Part shown: positions 29,853-38,109 of the stretch, piece by piece | Position numbering within the stretch: the first letter of the stretch is position 1 | Layout of the letters: each line of letters opens with the position of its first letter | NCBI GenBank assembly: GCA_965197475.1 | Contig: CBDANF010000003.1 | Location: 2,925,971-2,989,970 of the forward strand | Direction: 5' to 3' | Origin: Candidatus Poribacteria bacterium | GTDB taxonomy: Bacteria; Poribacteria; WGA-4E; WGA-3G | DNA: 64,000 nucleotides | Notes under the pieces: generated by a model | What the model saw: only the letters and a program-made list of their open reading frames with translations | What the model was told of the DNA's origin: nothing | Database searches by the model: none | Program-made: the position numbers and the translations under genes

Positions 29853-30665
29853 AGTTCCTCCTTTTTTTTCTCCACGGGCTCTGGGTGAAGGAGTTGGGTC
29901 ATGCGATCGGTGTGTTGATATTCCTCGGACAGCGAGAGATACTCGCGGATCAGCCGGTCAGAGAGATGAGTGATGAGTGATGAGCCGTATCTGTGCGTTA
30001 GGAAAACCTTGATGATGGAGCGTGGCGACTTGTATTAAGTCCCTCAAGTAGCGGTAGACGGCCCGTTCGGAGTGGTTCGTCTTTTGCTCAATCTCGGTGA
30101 AGGTGTATGCTTTGAAGGACAACTCAAGAATCTGCGTCTTATGAGACAGTCCCGGGCCCATGTCGTGTTTCGCCCCGCGCGTCATCACGAAATAGCCGGA
30201 CTGCTTCAACGCTCGGATGTCGCGTTTGACGGTGGCAGGACTGGTAGTTAATAACACTGCCAAATCCTCATAACTCAGCAAGGCATCTTGGTCATAAGCT
30301 TCTTGGGTCAATCGGAGGATCCGATGCCGTCTGAGACCTGCGAGCCCATAAGTCGCTAAAACTTCAAGGTCGGCTTCAACATCGTTGAGTTTGAGTCGAC
30401 AGGAAACTTTTTTCGCTAAAGCGATGTGTTTGCCTGCGGGTTCCTCAGCGGCGACTGCCTCATAGCAGATTTGCCCTGAGGTAAGTTGCACATCGGCGTG
30501 CTGTTCAAAGTAGGTGGAAATCTGTTTATAGTAGGCTTCAGCAACGAGAGGCATTAGATTAAAGTCTGCTGAAATCTTCTGAATAATAGCGGCTCTGGCA
30601 TTCTTGGATTCCAGTCGATTGATACCGTAGGCGGTATCCTTCTTACGGTCCATATTGACCTCCAT
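29853..30665 (-). pseudogene. DUF1670-like HTH protein (paralogue A) with a frameshift from a 7-nt tandem duplication
   Basis: The ORF 29958-30665 stops inside GATGAGT GATGAGT GATGAG (29965-29984). Removing one 7-nt unit restores ...IRLITHLSDRLIREYLSLSEEYQ...EEL. That aligns with ISQITRLSKRVISQYLDL of paralogue B and ends in TGATG coupling with the next gene. Confidence 0.65.
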
Positions 30666-30789
30666 GAAGAAAGTGTCGGCGATGCAAATACATCTACCCG
30701 TTAGTTTAACGAATACTAATAGTATAACTCATGGGGTCATTTGATACAAACTATAAGTAAGTTGAAACCTATTTCCTAAATATATGCGT

Positions 30790-30812
30790 AGGCGCGCTTT
30801 GTAAGCGCGCCT
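30790..30812 (-). terminator. GC-rich 10-bp hairpin downstream of the small nuclease-like gene
   Basis: AGGCGCGCTT-tgt-AAGCGCGCCT. Only a weak T/A tract follows. Confidence 0.35.
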
Positions 30813-30912
30813 CTCACAAAGGATAAAACAGCGTTTAGACTCTGCTTTTGCCGAACAATACACCTGCAAGATTCCGTGGTCTGCCACAACGCCCTATCTG
30901 AATTAGTAAACG

Positions 30913-31242
30913 CTAACGAATTGCAGTTGGGACAATTTGAGCGATAAATTTCAAACTGTTTTCCAACTTTTCGATTGCCTCTGATTCGCGAGCTGTCCCA
31001 CTCTTGAGTTCAATCGAAACTCCCACAAGATTATTTTCAGTTGGAGAAATAAAAAAGAGAAGTCGGTCACACCTTTTTTCAGTTTTTTGGCGCAAATCAA
31101 ACTCATGTTCAAGATTTACAATCACCCGTTCGGATGGTATGTCATCCATGTCAACATTGCATCCTTCTCCACTGCATGCATCAACTAAACTACCTGTATT
31201 AAAACGTGCACGGAGTTCACCAAGAATTCTACTCTGATTCAC
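30913..31242 (-). CDS. Small (109 aa) PD-(D/E)xK-like protein, putative effector partner of the upstream ATPase
   Basis: CDRLLFF...(19 aa)...VSIELKSG gives a D...ExK pattern. Its start overlaps the ATPase stop by 14 nt. Confidence 0.35.
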   Translation of the reverse strand: MNQSRILGELRARFNTGSLVDACSGEGCNVDMDDIPSERVIVNLEHEFDLRQKTEKRCDRLLFFISPTENNLVGVSIELKSGTARESEAIEKLENSLKFIAQIVPTAIR

Positions 31243-32639
31243 GCTTAGTGTTGCCTTTCATTTCTTCAAGTCGATTTTGTAGACGTGCGGAACGGTTGTA
31301 AAGGTCCTCAGCGACATCCAAATATTCCATCGGTTCAACGCCGTCAATACGATTGTAAGGTATTTCTTCCACCTTTCCATTTTTCTGAAAATGCCAAATT
31401 CCAACTTGTTCTGTCTGAAGAGAAGTCGGCAGGTCGCTAACTTCCTGCCCTGCGTTCTCAAGTTCTCCTGCACGTATCAGATTCCCTATTTCCTGAAGTA
31501 ACCAATCGCTATGTGTTGTTATTATTATTTTCACGCCTGCCCGAACTAAACGTGCAAGAATGACTGCCATGCCTGCTTGGGCACCCGGGTGTAGGTGTGC
31601 CTCCGGTTCTTCAATGATCAGCGTATCACCTGGCTGTACAAGACTTCGGAGATATAGGACTAAGGGCGCAAGTTCAGATACCATTGAGGAAGATTGGCTG
31701 AGACGAAATTCTTCATTAGTGCCTTGTGGTAAATAACGAAAGTCCGGATACCCACTCGCTGAAGGTTTTAAGCGTATCTTTCCAGCAAGTACTTCAGTTT
31801 CCAAAGTTTCAGAATGTTGTTTCATCTCAGCATTCGGTTTTTTTGGTTCTTCGTAAAGGATAATTTTTTCCATAAAGTCTGCTATCACTCCTGACATAGT
31901 GGGAACCTCAGGAAAACGTTCGAAACCTACTCGGGTTGATCGCTTTACAAGCGAAGTTGCTATCACTCGATGACTTTGCATGATGCCGCTCCGGGCAGCA
32001 GGAAGGTAGTAACGGTTTCCTCCATTTTTGATGTTTCCCTTAAAACCATGTATTTTTTTTACTCCGCTTGTCAGTTCAACTCCCCAATCTCCGCTAAAAG
32101 TGAAATTAAAATTACCTTCACCTTTCCAGTCTGTGGAGATTGCCAATCCCTCAGGAATAAGAATCATAGTCTCGTTGAATGAACTATTAAGGATAACATC
32201 TGATTCAGATGTATTTAACTTGATACTCCAACCGTCTTGCTGTTTTTCATCAACCATCAGTGAAACAGTCATTTCATTTTTTTCTCCCGTTGTCAATCGT
32301 CTTAATTCCAAAATTGCATCAAAATCATAACAGTTTTTGAGTTCAGACTGTAGTTTGTCCCCAAAAACCTCTGCATCATCAATAATTGTCTTTAAGAGAT
32401 CTCGTAGTTCTGTTGGAAAATCTAACAATCTAAAGGCCCCTGTCACTGGTGTTTAGTTTTTTGAGCACATCCTGAACTTTTTGCTTTGCTGATGGACTCG
32501 CGTTTGTCAAAACAAAGTTCTGTAAAGCATGTAAAATACCTACAATCCCTTGGAGCCCAGATGGAAATAGAAGTTGGGGTTCTGTCATATCCGGAAATAC
32601 ACCGTACAAGGCGTACACCAGCGTAGAAAAATAAGTTTT

Positions 32640-33778
32640 CGGAATAAGTCGTTTTGGACTTGACAAAAGTTGGAAAAGTGCGCTAAACCCTTGTAAATAA
32701 AGGGTTTTCATAGTATAATATCAGTAAGAAAATAGGGGGTATCAACCCCCTATTTGAAACTCAAAAAAGCGAGTTGCTTTTCTGGTTCACACTTATCTGA
32801 TATTGTATCAGAAACTATCAGAAAAATGCAACTCCAAAAAACAGGAGTGTTTTCTGATGGATTTAATCAAGGTGATGAAGACGTTCTCAACGCAAGAGGA
32901 TTGCATCGAATATCTGGAGCGGCTCCGATGGAAAGAATCGCCAGAATGCCCGCATTGTCCAAGTCTAAACGTCCGAAGGCGGAACGAACACGAGGTTGGG
33001 CGTGTCGGACGCTGGAACTGCCACGATTGCCGTGCTACATTCAAGGTGACACACGGCACAATATTTCACGGCACGAAGATACCGCTCCAAAAGCGGTTTC
33101 TCGCTATCGCTCTCATGGCAAACGCAAAGAAAAGTTTGTCCTCCCATCAACTTGCGCGCGATTTAGGGATGAAACAGAAAGCTGCTTGGTGTCTAATGAT
33201 GGCTATACGCACAGAGATGGGAAAGGATAATGTCCTACTACAAGGGGTCATTGAAGCAGATGAAACCTATATCGGTGGTAAGCGTCGCAAAGACTATGAC
33301 CGGGAGGATGGTGAACCCCGTAAACGCGGACGCGGCACCGCTAAAGATGCCGTGCTGGGCGCAGTCGCACGTGGTGGACACGTCATCGCACAACTCGTAT
33401 CCAACGCCACTGGTGAGACGATCTCCGACTTCATCAACAGATTCGTCAATACCGAAGATTCTGAACTCATTACCGATCAGTATAGAAGCTACAACGAAAT
33501 CGGTAAGGAAATGAAACATGAGACACTTAACCGTAGTGAGAAATGGGAGGCTGGCGACATCCATACCAATACGATGGAAGGCTTTTGGTCTTTCGTCAAG
33601 AGGGCATGGTATGGACAACAACACCACTACTCAACAAGATACACGCCCCTGTATCTCGCAGAGGCAGGCTATAAATATAACTACCGAGAAACCAACATCT
33701 TTGAGAAGTTTCTCACCGAAAGTATAACGTGAGAAATCTGAAAAATAAAAACTTCCAAGTCCAAAACGACTTATTGCG
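32640..33778 (+). mobile_element. IS1595-family insertion sequence (1139 bp) with 8-bp TSD TAAGTTTT
   Basis: Terminal inverted repeats CGGAATAAGTCGTTTTGGACTTG and CAAGTCCAAAACGACTTATTGCG match at 22 of 23 positions. Direct repeats lie at 32632-32639 and 33779-33786. Confidence 0.9.
32857..33732 (+). CDS. IS1595-family transposase
   Basis: MDLIKVMKTFSTQEDCIEYLERLRWKESPECPHC zinc ribbon, then EADETYIGG, TDQYRSY and HTNTMEGFWS motifs. It is a close paralogue of the transposase at 61438-62319. Confidence 0.9.
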   Translation: MDLIKVMKTFSTQEDCIEYLERLRWKESPECPHCPSLNVRRRNEHEVGRVGRWNCHDCRATFKVTHGTIFHGTKIPLQKRFLAIALMANAKKSLSSHQLARDLGMKQKAAWCLMMAIRTEMGKDNVLLQGVIEADETYIGGKRRKDYDREDGEPRKRGRGTAKDAVLGAVARGGHVIAQLVSNATGETISDFINRFVNTEDSELITDQYRSYNEIGKEMKHETLNRSEKWEAGDIHTNTMEGFWSFVKRAWYGQQHHYSTRYTPLYLAEAGYKYNYRETNIFEKFLTESIT

Positions 33779-33949
33779 TAAGTTTTTCCTGTATTACTGG
33801 GACCAACAAATACCGTCAACGGGCGCAAATCGATATTGGCTTCCGCAATAGGTCCAAAATTCTCAACTGCAATTTCAACCTTCGGCTGCTCTTGTGTGTC
33901 TTTGACTTCGCTCATGGTCATCTCCTCAAAAATGATTTGTTTATGTAGG

Positions 33950-35320
33950 TTAGAAAAACGTTAAATACGGCTTACCGATAATCTCCCGCCACAACAGGAC
34001 CGCAAGTTCGCGGGCGTGATAATCTCCCCACATAGATGCCTCACCGCACGGAATCTTCCTACCTTCCGGCACATAATCCCATCCATTCGGACGGTGATAC
34101 ACGGAATGCAACAACAAGCCTTGATGTGAATCAGAAGTAGAGAGATACGGTTCAGCGAAGAGAGTCTTTGCTACCGTCAAACCTGCTTGGTAATAGGAGT
34201 TGCCTGCCTCAGCTTCACCATGCTTTTTGAGATAGTTGCCGAGTCGAATTAATCCTTGGGCAGCAATCGCAGCTGCGGAGCTATCCACCGGTTCAAAATC
34301 GTTGAACGGATCGGCGGGTGCTGCCAAATAATCTCCGAGCTCAGCTAAACCGGGAGCACCTGTATCCCAATATGGAATGCCATCTTGTGCGGTGTTCTCA
34401 ATGTAGAAATCGGCAGTGGCTTCCGCTGCTTTGCGCATGTGTGTGGTTACTTCTACATACCCACCGTAAGGTTCAAGGTCATCTTCAGTTAGCGTGTCAA
34501 AAAATTCAAGTTGTTCAGCGTAGCCTGCTATAATCCATGCCAATCCACGTGTCCACGTCGAAAACGGGGAATAACCTTGTTGTGTGCTGGGACAACGGTA
34601 ATTACCATCATTTGTATTGAAGATAGATTCATGCACAACACGTCCTTGCACGTCAAAAGCATCACGTCCTTCACCGTAGTAGACGTTATAGGCTGCTGTC
34701 GTCTGGGAATGTTGGAGCAGGCGTTCCAATAGACTGATAGCGACATCGCCTTCACCCATCAGTACTGCACCGAGTGTATGTCCGATTGCTAAAACGCGTA
34801 GTGAACGAATAGTGTCAGAAAAGAGCGAATGCGGACCGTTGAAAGAGGTGATATAGCCCGTTCCGTCTTTAATTCGTGTCCAGCGACTTGCTTGAACGGC
34901 AGCGGAGGCTTTCAGTGCAAGTTCATAGAAATGCATCTCGCTATCGTTCCACGGAATGACACCTTCACGCATTAGTTGTCTTAGGTTTCCGTAAGTGGAG
35001 ACGTTGTTGAAACCGTGGTCATGCACACCGATGTGTGTGACATGGGGTGCCATCTTTTCAATCGTGTTCTGCCTACCAATTTCAAGAAACTGCTCATCAC
35101 CTGTGGCATCAAATTGAAGGATAGCAGAGCCAAATTGGAATCCTTGTGTCCACTCAGTCCAACCTCGCGTGGTATAAGTACCAGCGACAGTAAAAACAGG
35201 GGTGCCTTTTTCAGGAGACCACGTATCTTCTATAGCCAATATTTTTTGACCTGAGCATTCAAAAAGTCGTTCTATCTGACGTTTCAGGTCATTAAGTTGC
35301 AATGAATCGTTTATCTGCAT
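33950..35320 (-). CDS. Glycoside hydrolase family 88/105-like (unsaturated glucuronyl hydrolase-like)
   Basis: 456 aa. The TEWTQGF and VHDHGF motifs resemble the WT.GFW and HDLGF motifs of GH88. Confidence 0.5.
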   Translation of the reverse strand: MQINDSLQLNDLKRQIERLFECSGQKILAIEDTWSPEKGTPVFTVAGTYTTRGWTEWTQGFQFGSAILQFDATGDEQFLEIGRQNTIEKMAPHVTHIGVHDHGFNNVSTYGNLRQLMREGVIPWNDSEMHFYELALKASAAVQASRWTRIKDGTGYITSFNGPHSLFSDTIRSLRVLAIGHTLGAVLMGEGDVAISLLERLLQHSQTTAAYNVYYGEGRDAFDVQGRVVHESIFNTNDGNYRCPSTQQGYSPFSTWTRGLAWIIAGYAEQLEFFDTLTEDDLEPYGGYVEVTTHMRKAAEATADFYIENTAQDGIPYWDTGAPGLAELGDYLAAPADPFNDFEPVDSSAAAIAAQGLIRLGNYLKKHGEAEAGNSYYQAGLTVAKTLFAEPYLSTSDSHQGLLLHSVYHRPNGWDYVPEGRKIPCGEASMWGDYHARELAVLLWREIIGKPYLTFF

Positions 35321-35371
35321 TTGTCCTCGGTGTTTTTTGTAGATGGAGTACTATATGCTGCGTATTCTATA

Positions 35372-35860
35372 TCACGAATCCCCATGTCGTTCACATATTA
35401 CTTCTATAAGGTTCGTTGTAGATTTACCCGGTACATTGAGTCCAACGATTACCTTGCCTCCGTTTGCCTCAACGACTTCCCTTTCAACCAACTGTTCCAA
35501 TTTATAATCGCCACCTTTGACGTGAATGTTCGGTTTGAGTTCAGAAAGTAATTCAATAGGTGTTAATTCAGGAAAGATGACGACATAATCGACGCATTCT
35601 AAGCCAGCGAGCATTTCAGCGCGCTCTTCTTCGGGAACGAGAGGACGATTTTCGCCTTTCAGTTCTCGGACAGAAGTATCACTGTTAACTGCCACTACAA
35701 GCAAATCACCGAGTCGTCGCGCTGCTTGAAGATAGCGGAGATGTCCTAAATGTAGAACATCAAAACATCCGTTCGTAGTGACGATAACGTTGCCTTCGGA
35801 TTTCAGTTGCTGAAGAAGGGATGCAAGTTCGTTGCGTTTGTATGTTTTTTGCTGTGACAT
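35372..35860 (-). CDS. D-glycero-beta-D-manno-heptose 1-phosphate adenylyltransferase-like cytidylyltransferase (RfaE domain II type)
   Basis: TNGCFDVLHLGHLRYL nucleotidyltransferase motif, VAVNSD, and KGGDY near the C-terminus. 162 aa. Confidence 0.8.
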   Translation of the reverse strand: MSQQKTYKRNELASLLQQLKSEGNVIVTTNGCFDVLHLGHLRYLQAARRLGDLLVVAVNSDTSVRELKGENRPLVPEEERAEMLAGLECVDYVVIFPELTPIELLSELKPNIHVKGGDYKLEQLVEREVVEANGGKVIVGLNVPGKSTTNLIEVICERHGDS

Positions 35861-35942
35861 TATGTTATTAATTTATCACGCTTGGTGTATTTTAGCAACT
35901 TGGATTTTCTATTATCAACTTACATGAATATACGATTTCGTA

Positions 35943-36105
35943 CGGGTGTGTAAAGTTTTTGTCAATTTCTGAATCGCGGATTATGCGGATTTTGGGAACT
36001 TGGTGTCAAATCAATGGCAAATGCGCGCTTGATATTGGAAATCGGGGTTGAAAACCCCTCTTACAAGAGAAAGGGAATGGTTAATGCCAAAAACTTTACA
36101 CACCC
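35943..36105. mobile_element. MITE-like element (~163 bp) with 18-bp terminal inverted repeats and 8-bp TSD ATTTCGTA
   Basis: GGGTGTGTAAAGTTTTTG at 35944-35961 and CAAAAACTTTACACACCC at 36088-36105. ATTTCGTA at 35935-35942 and 36106-36113. There is an internal GGGGTT-gaa-AACCCC hairpin. Confidence 0.6.
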
Positions 36106-36207
36106 ATTTCGTAATACATTATTGCACAATCTCCAAACTTTTGCTATAATAAAAGACACATTCCAATAGGCAATCATTCCCATTAAGAGACCCTGAAGGA
36201 GAGATAG

Positions 36208-37368
36208 ATGGACGCAAAGAGAGGTTCCGCAGATCGTTCCCTACCTATCTGTACACTTGGCGCAGACGAACATGGTAAAACAACGTTGACAGCAGCGATT
36301 GCAAAGGTCGTTGCACGAATCGGATCAATCCGTTCCAAAGCGAACAACCAATTTGAACAGCAAGCACCAGTTCACCACCCAATCCGCGAAGGTGTTGGCA
36401 TTACCTATCGGGCAATTGATTACGAAACCAGCGGAAAATTCTATTTGCAGATTGACTGTGAAGCACATCTGGATATTATCAAAATGTTAGTCAGTCGTTC
36501 ATTTGCAATCCAGGGTGCCATTTGGATTGTGGATGCTGATGAAGGGGTTACACAGGATTCCGAGGCACATCTCCGCATAGCGAACCGTATAAATTTGCCA
36601 ACGGTAATTTCATTTCTCAATACACGAAATATCGCAAAAGATGATGAACTGGTAGATATTTGCCAACAAGAGATGCGCGATTTACTCACCGAATATGGAT
36701 GGGAAGAACAGAACAGTCCTATAATTGTCGGAGATGCCAATAGGGCGTTAAACTACAAAGGCGATCGGATCGGTTCTGATCAGTGGAAACCGATTGTTGA
36801 CCTGATATTTGCGATGAATCGGTGTATGCCTAAACCTGTCAATTCTGAAAACTTACCGCCCATTATGCCAATCTATGAGATTGTAGAGGAGCTGAAGGAA
36901 CGCGTCACTGTGCGGGGTGAGATTGTTCAAGGACATCTTGCTGTCGGGCAGGCGGTCGATATTGTCGGTAAGGGCGATCGGATAAAGACAAAATGTCTTA
37001 GCATTAAAAAGAATGAAGTGAGTGTAGAGTCTGAACCCGATTGGTTGTCTATTGGGCAAGTTTTGTGTACACCTAAGACCATAAAGGCGCATTCAGATTT
37101 TACCGCTCTTATCTATCTGCTTACACAGGAAGAGAGCGGCACACATATCCCACTTATCGAAAATGATAAACCTGAAATCCATTTGTGGGGTATTGATATG
37201 CCAGCGAGTCTGCAGCTTCCACCAGAATTATCCATTGTTACCCCTGGAGATAATGCTCATGTATCGTTTTCTCTCGAATTGCCGCTTGCAATGGAAGTTG
37301 GCACAACGTTTGAGGTAAAGAAAATGGGATCACGGATCGGACTCGGTGTTGTGACTGATGTGGTGTAA
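36208..37368 (+). CDS. EF-Tu-like paralogue with partly degenerate GTPase motifs
   Basis: Collinear with EF-Tu domains I-III (GADEHGKTTLTAAI; VTPGDNAHVSFSLELPLAMEVGTTFEVKKMGSRIGLGVVTDVV). The P-loop is kept. DCPGH has become DCEAH, NKCD has become NTRN, and SAL has become NRAL. Confidence 0.8.
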   Translation: MDAKRGSADRSLPICTLGADEHGKTTLTAAIAKVVARIGSIRSKANNQFEQQAPVHHPIREGVGITYRAIDYETSGKFYLQIDCEAHLDIIKMLVSRSFAIQGAIWIVDADEGVTQDSEAHLRIANRINLPTVISFLNTRNIAKDDELVDICQQEMRDLLTEYGWEEQNSPIIVGDANRALNYKGDRIGSDQWKPIVDLIFAMNRCMPKPVNSENLPPIMPIYEIVEELKERVTVRGEIVQGHLAVGQAVDIVGKGDRIKTKCLSIKKNEVSVESEPDWLSIGQVLCTPKTIKAHSDFTALIYLLTQEESGTHIPLIENDKPEIHLWGIDMPASLQLPPELSIVTPGDNAHVSFSLELPLAMEVGTTFEVKKMGSRIGLGVVTDVV

Positions 37369-37386
37369 TACCAGTTAATATTATTT

Positions 37387-38094
37387 TTAACGTGCAACGG
37401 CAATTGCATCACACAGTGCAAGGTCACCGGTATACAATGCTCGTCCAATAATTGCACCGCAGGCACCGATGTCCTTCAATGCTTTAATATCAGAAAGTGA
37501 GGTAACCCCTCCTGAACCGATGACATCTGCTGACACCGCATTGACAATATCCGCAGTAGTCTCAACATTAGGTCCCTTAAGCATACCGTCGCTTTTGATG
37601 TCAGTGTAAATAAGCGTTTGCACTTCAGTCATTTCCACAGCAAATTCAACAGCAGATTTTTGAGAAACTTCTAACCATCCGTGTGTGGCAACTATACCGT
37701 CTCTTGCGTCAATACCTACAGCGATACGTTTCCCATGTTTTGCGCAAGCCTGCTTCACCAAACTCGGTTGTTTTAGCGCAGCCGTGCCTAAAATTGCGCG
37801 GTGCACGCCTAACGCTAAAACTGCATCCAGCTGTTCCATACTCCGGATTCCGCCGCCGAGTTGCACAGGGATATCAAGCACATCAACAATTTCACGGACA
37901 ATGTGTAGGTTCGCCGATTCTCCTTGAAATGCACCGTCTAAATCAACGAGATGAAGATATTCCGCCCCCTCTGCTTGCCATCGCTTTGCCATTTCCACAG
38001 GTGAATCAGAGAAGACAGTTTCTTGTTCTGCAATACCCTGTACCAGATTTACACACTTTCCACCGCGAAGATCTATTGCGGGTAATATTTGCAT
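37387..38094 (-). CDS. hisA: ProFAR isomerase HisA
   Basis: MQILPAIDLRGGKCV N-terminus and the GGGIRS and GRALY motifs. Confidence 0.9.
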   Translation of the reverse strand: MQILPAIDLRGGKCVNLVQGIAEQETVFSDSPVEMAKRWQAEGAEYLHLVDLDGAFQGESANLHIVREIVDVLDIPVQLGGGIRSMEQLDAVLALGVHRAILGTAALKQPSLVKQACAKHGKRIAVGIDARDGIVATHGWLEVSQKSAVEFAVEMTEVQTLIYTDIKSDGMLKGPNVETTADIVNAVSADVIGSGGVTSLSDIKALKDIGACGAIIGRALYTGDLALCDAIAVAR

Positions 38095-38109
38095 TAAATT
38101 TCCTTTCCG

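Larger units (their letters stand above)
28737..30747. other. 2.0-kb two-gene DUF1670 cassette bounded by a 13-bp perfect inverted repeat
   Basis: GTATCAAATGACC at 28737-28749 and GGTCATTTGATAC at 30735-30747. By eye the interior is more GC-rich than the flanks. No TSD was detected. Confidence 0.4.
31229..33921 (-). pseudogene. ABC/AAA21-type ATPase interrupted in its Walker A codons by an IS1595-family element, plus one G-run frameshift
   Basis: The N-fragment ends VFVGPSNTGKTY at the IS. The coding sequence resumes as (KTY)FSTLVYALYG on the other side. Frame change at C4/G4 32437-32440. The C-terminal part has LIIEEPEAHLHP (Walker B) and IIITTHSDWL (H-loop). Confidence 0.75.

Noticed and set aside
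30838-30915. The TAG stop of the 109-aa PD-ExK-like gene is followed in frame by 25 more sense codons (RLLIQIGRCGRPRNLAGVLFGKSRV). This could be a nonsense-truncated longer gene.
   Set aside because: The extension has no recognisable motif, and I cannot align it to anything without a search. It is noted only as a possibility.
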